A DNA stretch of 63,993 nt, filler included, from Dimargaris cristalligena (lineage: Eukaryota), in NCBI GenBank assembly GCA_003614675.1. It is 6 parts of 6 records of this genome, joined end to end, with 100 filler letters (N's around TTAATTAATTAA, not from the genome) between each part and the next. Parts side by side here need not be neighbours in the genome. Positions count along the whole stretch, not along the records: positions 32,244 to 42,865 come from ML003169.1; positions 42,966 to 53,585 come from ML003170.1; 4 more parts are not named here. The stretch is one strand, 5' to 3'. Within the stretch, counting starts at the first letter, position 1. Every line of letters begins with the position of its first letter. Positions 33,517-45,700 of the stretch are shown piece by piece. A model generated the notes under the pieces. It was not told the DNA's origin, made no database searches, and worked only from the letters and a program-made list of their open reading frames with translations. Made by a program: the position numbers and the translations under genes.

Positions 33517-36156
33517 GGTGACTGAGGGAAAAAATAACAATGAAAGGACACAGAGATCGGCTCACCCCACTCTAATTCAATAAAGTTGAGAGATAATATT
33601 AGCAACAGGGTCCAGGATCTTGAATTCCTTTTAGCCCACCGGGGTATAATGAAGTGAAAAGGGAATCGACGGTTGGGAATCGCGGGGAACCTGGAGGTAC
33701 ACGCACTGGCTTGGACTCTGGATCATTCACTGGTTGTGTAGTAGGTAAGCCTACGGATTGGTGTGTCTGGCACTACGGCATTGAAGTGCAGTGGGGTTTA
33801 AGGTACTCTACAATGGACTAGATACTAGAATCGGCTGGCTGATCAAGTGAACGGCTAGGCTGCCCTTCTCGCGTAGTATTAGGGTATGGTGGGGGAAATG
33901 GGCCTTACTGGGTCTTGGCTGGGCTTGAAAAATGGCAACCCCTCCTGACTTAGGCCTAACGAATCTATCACGTGATTGGTAAAATAGCGGATTATATTCG
34001 TCACTTACTATACTCCCCAACAGTTATAGCAGACATCAACTGAACAAACCTCAGGATAGTGTACAAATAATTTACCCTTACTCAACTATATTATTCTTAT
34101 TACTTCCCAATGCGCTCCGATACTAACTACCCTAGGTAACTATAACTAAAATTTTATTATTAGGTCTCTGTCGATAATAAGCCAATACCAAAAAATGTAA
34201 CTACGCCAGTATGAGCAATATAAGACAGCTGCAGCGAATGGGAATTTTCTAACACTACCAGTATATTGTAATAAATAAGTGGCTTCGTCGCTGCTTAAAC
34301 CTGCACTAACCTGTCCAGTGAATGCCTCATTATCAAACCGACACAAGATTACAAGGTATTTGCCTCTTACTCGGATCAATAGGTCTAGGTGAAGGTACAT
34401 CCAACGTACACTTTAGGTTAACCAAACACTGACCCCGGAATTACGTGCGGCAATCACCAGATTTTTGAAAAGGGGTTTCCATGTATCTATATAGATAATG
34501 AAAAACTCGATCGCGATAAATGTTGGACCATGACCTGCATTAGCCCCTTAGTAATACAACGCCCTTCTGGCATCATGGGTCCAGTCCAGGCTATGTAAGG
34601 CTGGATAGTTTAAGATAATTTTAGAGGCTGGGCGTAATAAAATGATTTAAAAATATTGCAGCATTAATGACATAGGTTCCAACTTGGAAGGACAGTCCGA
34701 TTAGTTTTTGCCTATGCTGGGGCATGGCTAGCCAGAAGTTCTCCAGCGGGGCGGTTCCTAACCAGTTCTCCGACCATTATATATGGCGAGTCCTGCTGGC
34801 CAATGATACCACCCATGCCAATTAATTAATTGGGATATTGCTACGGTCAGCCGGTGTTGGTCGCTAGAGACTCGGCTTGGGCTTGGCGGATGCAGCTAAC
34901 GGGTTACTATATATCATACAGACGGAACTCTGGCGGCGGTTGGCACTTGGCGACAACGATATGGCTGGTGATTGTGGCTGCTGACTTTCTGGGCACTGCT
35001 GCTCCTGTGGGAAAGGCCGATACGAGAAGCCATCGCTCCGTGCTCATTTATCACGTGACGAAGGCAGATTCGGACTCCTCCTTTCCCAATGTTACAGAGT
35101 ACAATAATGCGATACTTCCTATTCGGGAACCACAGCGGGTTTGCCAATGCCTTCCCACGCGGGTGATGGGTTGGCGGTCCACAGCCAAGGTACTGTCCGC
35201 CAAGTGAAACAGTGTACCGGTCAGTGGGTGAGCGAAAGGGTTGGCGGCTCTATTTTTGTCACCAGTTACCGATTTGGGAGTCTGTAAATAGGTTTCGTCA
35301 GCCCCCTCCTCACAGTAGTTCCATTGGAACTGCGGTTCTGCTTAGGAACCAACTAAACTACCCATTGCATTTGGGAAGAGAGCCATTTTATTCAGTGGAT
35401 GTAGTAAGAAGCTGCTTATAGGTGAGCAGTAATGGTGGAGAGGAGCCTAATAGACAAAAGGTTCAGCATGCCTCAATGGGCTGATCCTATCTATATACGC
35501 CAAATCACCAACTTCTGGAAGCTGAATTGGACCATTTAATAATAGGCGGCCCGCCGAGGTCGGTTTGGATCGGGCACTATCCCTGCTATCCTAGACAGGC
35601 ACTGGCGGGCGGGAATACGCTAAATGGGATCGCTCGTTACCCATGGCTCCGTGCCATGCAGTTTGGTAGGGGTAAGTGCAGGAGAAGGTTTCGAAGACCG
35701 ACAATATATCCCCTCCAGGAGGAAAATAATATACGGATGGCCACTCCTTTAGTAGTAGGCGGAAGAAAGAGGGTCCTGGGGCTTCGGGGTCCCAGGCCAT
35801 GGCTATATTCTTCGTCAGCCTAAACTATAGTGGTCACGCACTCGGGACCGTACCAGGCTTCTCTCATCTCTTTAACAACTCCCTTACCTACCTACCTACA
35901 CATAGTTAATACCTTTTTTAACTTATATATTGTCGTTTTATTATTAAAAGAACCGCTCCATATTTCCTCTTGGCTCTTCGTTGCTTATCCCGAGTCCGTC
36001 TTTTATAACCCAGTTCACACGGGGATATATACAAATATAGCTTTATTTACATAGCTCCTCTAGAGCACTGAGCTCGACGGCTTTTTATACACGTCATCAC
36101 CCTGTCCAGACCATTCCCTCGGCTCTGCAAACGACTCGTTCGTTATATGCACATGT

Positions 36157-36220
36157 GAGAGGCTCAATTTGGCTCTATAACAAAAAACCTGTTGGCCGAA
36201 GCAAATATTACTGGTTAAAA
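36157..36220 (+). repeat. Diverged family D TIR fragment immediately upstream of the PP4R1-like start codon
   Basis: gagaggctcaatttggctctataacaaaaaacctgttggccgaagcaaatattactggttaaaa aligns without gaps to 23896-23959. Confidence 0.6.
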
Positions 36221-36289
36221 GGGAATCTCCCGTCTATTTATAACTTTACACAGCTATTATCTTTGTCCATTATTTAGTCGTTCCACACC

Positions 36290-39200
36290 ATGGCCGGTAA
36301 GTCCGCCCTCAATCTCACATGGACTTCCCCAGTTTGCCACACCAGCCCTTGGTCCAGTTCCGGGCAGTGCTTCCTATCGCTTCGCTAGCCTGAAATTCAA
36401 GAGCACGCGCCCTTATGGTAGATTACCAGGCCGTTATTTGTCAATGCAGCAGATCCCGGGGGTTGTGGTTCTATTTATAGCCCTCTTTATATATGTCACG
36501 ACTGGCCGGGGTGTTGCCGATAGGTTGTTGGTCCCCTGACTTGTCTCTCGGTGGACTTCTGGCACTAATGTATTTGCCCACTTGTCTGTATATGGTCGCT
36601 CACTGCCCGCTTGGTTACCGCACCCCTCCGCAGATTTCGGCTTTGATTTTACCGACGAGGAGTACGACGAACCCATGATCGCCTCTTCAGAAAATGTCAG
36701 AAACAGCGACGGGCAACCCTCAGACAATTCTCCCGTCGATGCTCGGAGTATAACAGTCGCCTCCGACGCCACACCTTCCCCCACTTCACTCGCCTCCCTG
36801 AGCAGTGAAGTCCTAGTTGATTCCATTGAAGATGCTTCTCCCAAAGGTAGGCCCTCTATCAGTCCACTTGCTTGGTGGCATATATATGTATCCGCGTTTA
36901 CAATTGTATTAGTACCCCTTCCCTAACTACGGTGGTCTCGAGCTAGTCTCATGCTGACTACAATTAGGCAGTTTTACATTTACTAATTAACCACCACCTC
37001 GATTTTTCCACCGGCCCCCCTTCTATATCCCTCTTGAAATCCCAGTTTTGGAAGCAGTGTTACCCAACCAATTTGACAAGGGCGAGTTGACTCCTATCGA
37101 CCGGTTGTGTATTCGTTCGCAGAGCTCCCTTCCATTCTTACGGTAAATGACAACCTTCTTTCTTTGGTATTTCCACTAAATGCCTGTTAATCGGCCCCTT
37201 TAACTGGCCTTTTAGAAAAACCCCGGCTGGGCTGTCGGGGGGGATGGTGTTTGGTAACCGACTATAAACCGGTTGCCCAGTACCCTAACGGCGAGACTTC
37301 CGTATCCCTAAGCATTAATTTTCCTAACTCGTTCAGTCATATTCTCGTATTCACTGATTGCCCTCGCTTCTTTGTTATGAACCATCAACCACGGCAGTGT
37401 ATGGGCCGCTCGCGAAATTAAAAATGTCCTCCACTCTTCCCCAGTCGCCGATATTCTCACCACTATATTCCCGGTGGCCTTCCAACTTAGTATGGACAAA
37501 GGTACGTGTCTCCCAATTAGTCGCTTTCGTTCTTTCGATTGGCCTCTATTCGCTGGACAGAACCTATATGTTCTAATTAGGGTCTCCAAATAGCTGCTAA
37601 CGTGCATTAGTTCATTCTGGTCTATTTTTAAATATCCCAATTATAATATATTAGATCGATTCGTCCGGGAAAATTTTACCTTTGATCTACTGCCTCTACT
37701 TCTGTACTATTATAAGGTAATGCCGTTGGTTGATGTCTCCTTGGGAGGATCATGGCAGAGGGCTGCCACTAAGTCGAATGGACCGCGTTATTTTACCTAC
37801 AGCTATCTGTACGTGCCACGCAAGTTTGAAACCCGGTACCTTCATTTGTTAGCAACCTGACTAATCCGTCGTTTTTTTCTTATTCGGTTTCCATGTTATT
37901 ATTATTATTATTATTATTGCAAATCCATGGGGTGATTTCTTCTTCAGCACGGACACGGCCGGAAAACATGCCCGCCTGTATCGCCCCCAACCGAAACCAC
38001 TACATCGTCCCAAGCACTAGTGGAACCAGATAATGCATCCCCCACCAATGGGTCCCTCGAAAACCCCATTACACATCCCCTTTTCCATGACTGGCTTGAA
38101 ACCATGCTCCTGGATCCCAGCCCCGTTGTTGTTAACCGGGTGCAAGCCGCACTCATCGAACTGGGTCACCATATGGAGTTTGACTTGTACCACACCGAGG
38201 TGATTCACCACACTGTCCTAGGGCTGGTCAAGTCGGTGATAAAGTCCCGGCCACCTTCCATTGACAAGATGGCCGGTAATCCACTTTCCGTTGCGTTTCT
38301 CAACTCCAATTCGGAATGGGATGGTAGGACCCTTCGCCGAAAATTAGTGGCCCTTAAACTCATACGCGCCCTGGTACAGGAATTCGGGTCAGGGCTGAAA
38401 CCGGCCGTCTTCGTCCCGACCATTGAAAAGACCTCCCATGATCCCTCTTTTGAGGTTCGACGCGACACCGCATTTACTCTGGGTGAATTGTCCTATGCCT
38501 TATCCTACGACTTGGTATTAGAAGGTGTATTCCCAATCTTCCAACATCTTATTCAAGACACCAATTGGCAGGTCCGACAGGCGGCCGCCCTGACTGCATT
38601 GCCGAAATTGGCAACCGTCCTAACGAGCCCCCACCGGGCGTCCCCCCAAATCACGGTTGGACCGGGCCAGACGCTTCATACTGGACCCAACGGTCCCAGC
38701 CATCCAGGTAATGCCTCGTTCCCGGCCGGCCAGTCCCCCCACTTGCCCCCGCCTGCCCCACCCGTGGCGGCTAAGGTCTGGGTCCAGATTATTGATCGCC
38801 TCTTGGGTAGTCGGGAAGTCAGCTACCCGGTCCAGACTTCTGTATTTGAAGTCATTGGCCAGTTGATGGTGGCCTTCCAGCACATGGACAAGGTCAAAGA
38901 AATTTTGATTCGCCACTACCTCAGTGTGGTTGAAAGCGCCGTGGACCAGGATGTGGTGACCACACCCGAGCTCATTTTCCAATGCGCTTACAACTTCCCG
39001 GCCATGCTCTTTATCATGGGCGTAAGCCGCTGGGATGAACTCGCGGACGCCTACATGGCCTTAACTAGATTCGACCACTTTGAGGCGCGCAAGACCCTGG
39101 CCCACTCCCTACATGAAGTGGCCAAACTATTGGGTCCGGAATTCGGGGAACAGTACCACGAAAAAGTATTTGGCTACTTTTTGGTTGATTTGGATGAAAT

Positions 39201-41637
39201 TCAATTGGCTGTAGTGGCCCACCTCACAGATTTTCTCGATTGTCTCTATCCCGTTGCGCGCGAGCGCTGCCTCCCCCAGATTCTCGAGGTGTTCCAGCAC
39301 GAAGGTAACAACTGGCGGGCCCGGGAGACCATGGCCCGACAACTAGCCCCACTGTGTCGACTCTACCCTGAACGCACAGTGGTTCGCCACCTCCTCCCAT
39401 TGACCGTGTACTGGGCCAGGGATCAAGTCGCAGCCGTCCGGGCAGCCGCCGCCAGTGCCTTTCCGGTCATCTTTGACATGACCAAGGAGGACCCGGGACT
39501 TCAAGTACAGTTCTTCGAAAGCATCATCCAATTCCGGGCCGCTACTACCTTCCGGGCCCGCCTATTCTTTATCCAAATCTGCGAAGCACTTCTGACCCAG
39601 CAGGTGGACGCTACAGATTTCGAGCAGTTCTTTTTACCAAGTTTACTGGCTTTAGCCAACGACAAGGTATCCAATGTGCGGATTGCGGTAGCCCGGACAC
39701 TCAAGCGCTTACTACCTGCTCAAGCGGCGATGTCGGCGGAACCAACGGAGGATACAAAATCGAGTTCGTCGTCAACCCAGTCCTCACCCCGATCATCGGC
39801 TAGTTCGCAGGATCGTCCCTCTGCCGCCGATAGTGGAGCGTTAGGCCCCCACTCATCCGAGACGAATCCAGTTTCCGTCGATGATACAACCCCAACCCCG
39901 GCCTCCTCCACCGAGTCGGCTTCCGAGACCATCGAAGACCTGTTGCCCGACGAGGCCGAAGTACCAGACACGACAGCATCTACTGAGTTGGATCGAGTAG
40001 CGCCTGTCGTAGAAAGTTCCGCCCAACCCAACGAGCCTGTTACCACCTACCACTGGACGGATACCCGATCCCAGCTTATTACTGATCTCATAAACATCCT
40101 ACGCGCTGATACCGACCGGGACGTCTTGGCTATTATCGCGACCCTCCCCAAGCAGATTGTCAATATTCCTATCCCCCGGGAACCCGAACTTCCGACGGCC
40201 AAGATTCCTTGGCTAGGAGTCCAGAGCAGCAAGGTTGAGGGTAGTGCCGACTTTCCGAATCAGTCCGAAAAGGCCACGACCCCCGACGCCGTAGCTTCAA
40301 GTGAAACCGCGGACCCCTCGATTACGGCGGTATTCGGGGGAATGGTCATCAGTGCGGGCGATGTAAACTCCCCTGCTAACCCTGTTCCCCATAGGAGCAA
40401 TAGTCTACAGCTCGATTTTCCGGTAGAGGCTACCGATGTCGGAGAAATCCGCCGTTCTTCTTCGCTAGTTGATTTTAAAAACATACCAGGGCACCAAAGC
40501 AATGTTCCCTCAACTCCGGCACCCGTTTCGGCTGAAGCTATCGCTAATACTGTGGCCACTGAACCTTCTCCTGTAACGGCCCAGACTGTCGCTGAGCCTA
40601 CCTCCAGGGGCGCTATTGATATTATCAGGCCGACATTTTCATTCCCTTCGTTCACATTTAAACGCAAGCAGTCGGTCGGGAAAGCTATAAATCACCCCGG
40701 GCCAAATGCTACGAGTCAGGAAGTGGGATCCGATTCACCCGCTGCTACACCTGCCTCTCTGGTCTCCTACACGATTGCTTCGTTCGCCACTTCCTCCGCC
40801 CAGGACAAACTTGCTCCCTCTTCTGGGGCCGACTCGGCCAATGCATCCCCTGGGCCAAGTCCACCGACGAAGCCTACTAGCACGGCCGGTCGACTATCCC
40901 AGTCCCTCCTAAGTCGCTTCTCATCCTTCCCATCATTATTGGAGAATCCCTTGGCGGATGTTAAATTTTCGTCTGCTCTGGTTAAAAACCGCAATCAACC
41001 CGCTCCATCCAATTTAGACCCGGCGGACCACACACTCTTACAAACACCGTCACCCCATCCAGCAGTTATTGGGACCTCGCTCCTTACCACCGCCACCGGT
41101 ACGACTAATCTTGGGATCGGCACCACCTCCATTCTTACTTCGCACCCCCTGCCCCGCATTACTCGTACCCCGTCGCCCCCGATGGCCTCGGCCGCGGTAT
41201 TCAGCAGCGACCGCCGGGTGCGGCGGATCCATTCCCACCCCACGAACCTACTGGGCCACGCGGAGCGGGATATCCCCACCTTTAATACCAAGGGGTTGGA
41301 TCTATTAGCTAACGGACTTCCGCGGGCCCTAGAACCAGCCGTATTGTTATCCCCGTCCAAGGCGGGCACTGGCGACATGACGGGACATGACCATACCGGG
41401 GCGGGATTGGCGATTATAAGGCCCGCCAACCTTCCCTTGGTTACGGGTCGGTCCGTTAGTATGAGCGGCCTCTCGTCCGTTCTGGCGAATGTAAACGTTA
41501 ACGGTGGGGAAAACCGTGGAAAAGTAACTAATGGCATTGGCACTGATAGTAGCGATAGTAACGGTAATAGTAGCAGTAGTAGGGGGAGTGGTAGTATGAT
41601 CGTGGATCGGCTTTTCTCATCCAAGTTCTTTTCCTAG
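36290..41637 (+). CDS. HEAT-repeat protein, Ser/Thr protein phosphatase 4 regulatory subunit 1 (PP4R1)-like, 6 exons, ~1390 aa. Exons: 36290-36296, 36634-36846, 37046-37142, 37398-37501, 37655-37716, 37948-41637
   Basis: Splicing at GT..AG sites is phase-consistent (4173 nt). N-terminus MADFGFDFTDEEY...ELTPIDRL, HEAT motifs DPSFEVRR and DTNWQVRQ, CAYNFPAML...W, RKTLAHSLHEVAKLLG, NWRARE, DQVAAVR, DKVSNVRIAVA and DTDRDV. Long S/P-rich tail. Confidence 0.85.
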
Positions 41638-42805
41638 GCGTTTAATAATGAGTGTGATAGCCTGCTATTATATTACCTGTTCCGATATTAAGTAGGCCAG
41701 TGTGAACTTACTTTTTAAATTTCGTTTAAATGGTATGTGCAGGCACTTGGGTATCCTTTCCCCTCACTTCGTCAACTTTGCGATTATCATCCTCGATGAT
41801 TTGGTTTGTACTACAACGTCGGAGCCATATCCCCACGGCGGCTTTATTTAGTAGTTTGTATTTTGTCCCCATTCCCCCTCATCATTCTGTGAGTTTTTTG
41901 CACCATCGTATTTTTACCCATTATTTATAATTGATATGTTTATATACATTTTTTTATATCACTGGATCTTTTGGACAGTTGCCCTTAATTAATTACCCAG
42001 TACTTATAGTTGTGTTACCCCTTAATTCCTCTCCCTCACTTATTACCAATAGGATTTCTGTTGAATTACTAACTCTTTTTCAATTTTACTATTATTAATA
42101 ATACCATTGTTATAGTTAACCCTGTTTACTCTGAACTGGTTGTCATTTGGATGACCTCATCTCTTTTTTTTTTCTATATATATTTTTTTAATGGATGCAT
42201 CCTAACCCTTCTACTCCACACACATTTATACTCCCACACCATTTCATTGTGTTGCTCATCTCTTCAATCAACCCGATTTTTGCTTTGTTTGGCAAAAACA
42301 TACCCATATTGACATTTTCCACCACCTTCACATTATGTTGCAGCTGGCTCTTCACTAATTTGTCTTTATATATATCTTAATCATTGATTACATGCATAGA
42401 TATTAAACTTACCCCATTACTGCACATGGTGTATAATTGCTAGCTTGGTAGTGTGCTGGTTATTGAGAAGGGCAACAATGGGTGGGTTAATCCTGAAATG
42501 TAATTTGTGGTGTCAGCTATCCTTGTTTTTTAATGATATATTCAACTTAGTAGAAAGCCCAAAGCAGTGTATTTGATTATTGTAGACCACCCTACTGTAC
42601 ACAGATATGATTGCAAAAAAAAAAAAACTAACATAAGTATATCATATATAGCACAGGTTGATAGGTTTGGTTAGGCATTCCTTTATTGCTGGATAGGGCT
42701 GGTATTCTTGATGATGGGTTCAAGTTCATCACTGGGTTAAGAGAGGTATAGAATGAAACACAATGTATCTTCAATATTTTATGTAAGGGAAAGGAATAGG
42801 ATACA

Positions 42806-42865
42806 TGTGGTGAACTTACCACATTTTTTACCTACTTTTATTTTTAATCCATTTTTTGCACTTAT
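42806..42865. repeat. Repeat family C terminus (TGTGGTGAACTTACCACA...)
   Basis: Reverse complement matches 43108-43167 on the next, unrelated contig. Confidence 0.75.
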
Positions 42866-42965
42866 NNNNNNNNNNNNNNNNNNNNNNNNNNNNNNNNNNN
42901 NNNNNNNNNTTAATTAATTAANNNNNNNNNNNNNNNNNNNNNNNNNNNNNNNNNNNNNNNNNNNN
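42866..42965. other. Artificial contig linker
   Basis: N44-TTAATTAATTAA-N44. Confidence 0.99.
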
Positions 42966-43167
42966 TCAGGGGCAGGGATGCATCACAGTCAAGGGTATAA
43001 AATATAATAATAGGAAAAACAATATAATAATGAAAATGGAGGAAAAATGACTATACTCATCAGGGGCAGGGACAGGGGCTCATTCACTCGCCAGGGGCGA
43101 ACTTCCAATAAGTGTGAAAAATGGATTAAAAATAAAAGTAAGTAAAAAATGTAGTAAGTTCACCACA
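42966..43167. repeat. Repeat family C terminus with an internal direct repeat TCAGGGGCAGGGA
   Basis: 43108-43167 matches rc(42806-42865). TCAGGGGCAGGGA occurs at 42966 and 43060. Confidence 0.7.
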
Positions 43168-43469
43168 AGATCCATGCTATTCTAGCTGAATTTTACAATT
43201 TTTTCCCAAAACTCAGTGAGGGAGAGAGCAGATGACCTTTTCCTAGCCATTATGGACCTTGTTGTCCCATTATTATAAATACAGCAGGGTTAAGTCTCTC
43301 TTCCATTCTCATCATTCCTTACAGCCACCCCTGCTAGACACCCATTGATTTCTTAGCCCATTCTTCAGCAACTTACACTATTACTACTATTACTTCCACC
43401 ACTACTAGGACAATGGCCATGAACAACAACAGCAACAAACTAAACCCACTACTGCCTAATATCCTCACC

Positions 43470-43685
43470 ATGGCCTGCTTCCTGTCCCCCATTGCTCTAA
43501 TGGCCCTCATCTTAGCTGTTTAGGCCATTATGGCCCAGAGCCCTACCAAAGTCTAAGAGACTCTACACCATTGTGGCATCTCCAATCATAAGGAGGCTAT
43601 CATTGGTACCCTGGTCAGGGGTGGTTTAGGTACTGTGGCTGGTGGTCTGATTGGTCACCACTTTGATAAGAATGATTGTAAATAA
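43470..43685 (+). pseudogene. Small secreted glycine-zipper protein pseudogene (71 codons, two in-frame stops)
   Basis: Translates as MACFLSPIALMALILAV*AIMAQSPTKV*ETLHHCGISNHKEAIIGTLVRGGLGTVAGGLIGHHFDKNDCK*. TAG at 43521 and TAA at 43554. ATG is in ACCATGG context with TATAAATA at ~43274. Confidence 0.7.
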
Positions 43686-45690
43686 ATAAATGGGTTCCAA
43701 GCCTCTTGGCCCCATAACAGTTTATTGATTGTGTGATTAAGTGATGTACTTGATGATATATTTTTTGAACAAAGTAGGCTCAAAGTCATTGGAAGTATAT
43801 ATATATATAGTCTGCCTCAAATTTACTTTCTAGATCATTATTATATATGCTGGATAAAGGCACACTCCCATGTTTTGAGATATCTATAACCTGTTTTTGT
43901 CAATTACTCTTAGCAAGCTAGAGGAAGCTATCTAATTATGGGAATAAGCTGGCCAAAGTGTAGCCTAGTATACAGTCAGACTACCCGTCTCCTAATATCC
44001 AAGTCAAATTTGGGATGGACATATACTATAGTATGTTCAGAGAACGAATTAAGCGTAATTTAATTCAAGGATCCTGCTAGTCGGTATACTATAGACCACA
44101 ATGCCACCAGTGCCCATTGTTTTAGGATGTTAATCAGTGTGAGTTTCTTCTCAGTCGCCATAGATCATTTTAATGATAAATTCAATACGGACCAAAATTA
44201 TGAGTATGTAGTTGATGACGTATGCTTTCATATCCCTCTTATTCTACTCTTTTAAACATGTAGTGGAAGTCAAGGGAGTGGGGGTGTCGGCCAAGTTCGG
44301 TCGACTTCGGCTCTGATACAATACAACTCGGAGTCTTTTGAATCTGACTAGCCGCCATAGCCCGATGGGCTGTGGCCGGGAGTAGCTATAAAGGTGTGTG
44401 CACTATTTTTACTTAATTCGTGGGTGTATCACTGAAATAGGAAGGACAACCAACGGCAATCAAAAAACAACAACGAATTACCATAGTGGCGAACTGGTGA
44501 TGTAGTCATTCGCTTCAAATCAGATGCAATGCTTATAGCTGACCTGGCTGTCTATATATTTTTTTGGCCCCCTGGGCAAGAACGGCTGACTCTCCATAGT
44601 AAATAAATGTGAGGGTGAGGATAGTACAGTGTGGTGCGAAATGGGCAGGCGAGAGGTCCCGAGAAATTAATTTAGGGCTGATTTCACAATGAACTGGGGC
44701 AGAACAGTATGTGAGGTGGGGGGGGGGAGAGATTCTTGTTGGTGGACCGGGGAAATAGGGAGTGTGAATTACTATATTAGGGAATTTTCCGAACGGTGCC
44801 AGACATCACGGGCATTCCCCCGCAGGCACAGCGATTATGAATTCCCCAACCCTTCAGCTCCCCCACCATCATGATGAACCCTATACATGCGACCAATATG
44901 CGCAACTCACTCCTTATCAATCCCCCACACCAAGTCAATTTTATTTAATTTTATTTTTATTGTACTGACACTGCATATTGGAATTAATGGTGATGGATTC
45001 TACTTCATTGGTTAAAGTCGACCAAGTATACGTTTCCACCCCCTTCCGCGAGGCACTACTGACTTGTCAAAAAATGACTAACTGCATGACGTGTGGGGTT
45101 GGATTCACCTTTCCCTTATGGATAGAAGTACTTTTTTTGGCTTAGTACTTTTCAATGCTGATTTTCCCCAATTTTACTAAATGGGGGTTCCGGCACCAGG
45201 CGGAACATGCCCTTTTAAGGGTCATTGTCAATGAATCGCGGGTTTTTGCTGACGCGTGGGTCTGCGGGTGTGTGCACCATGGGTACATGGGTGAAACTAG
45301 GTGAAGTTGACTAGCCCCTGCCGACACGAAAATGACAACTTCGGTCAATTGTATTTCGCCTAATTGGCCAGATTCGGCAAGAATGGGTCAATCGCACAGC
45401 CCACACATCTAAGTTAACATCAATTTATATATGTTTGCGGGTGGATGTGTAGATGGTTGGGAACCAATGCGGTAGCTGGATGTAATGGCCAATGTTTCGA
45501 TTAGGTGAAACGGTAGAGTCCCCAAAGAATCGAATGGTATAGTCACCACGGCGGTGGTCCGGAGCAGAGCCCGAGCGGTTCTCTCAGACTTTCTTTTGGA
45601 ATGGCCCGTTGTTTAACAGAAATCAAAACAAATGCGTAGTGCAACCATCATTATCCCGAATTTCGGTAGGGTGATGCTGCCACTTTGGCA

Positions 45691-45700
45691 GTGACGTCAC
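45691..45700. promoter_or_regulatory. CRE palindrome GTGACGTCAC upstream of the Atf1-like gene
   Basis: Perfect ATF/CREB consensus TGACGTCA. Confidence 0.4.

Noticed and set aside
42806..43167. Apparent inverted repeat spanning the gap
   Set aside because: The arms are on different contigs. They are two copies of a dispersed repeat, not one hairpin or one element.
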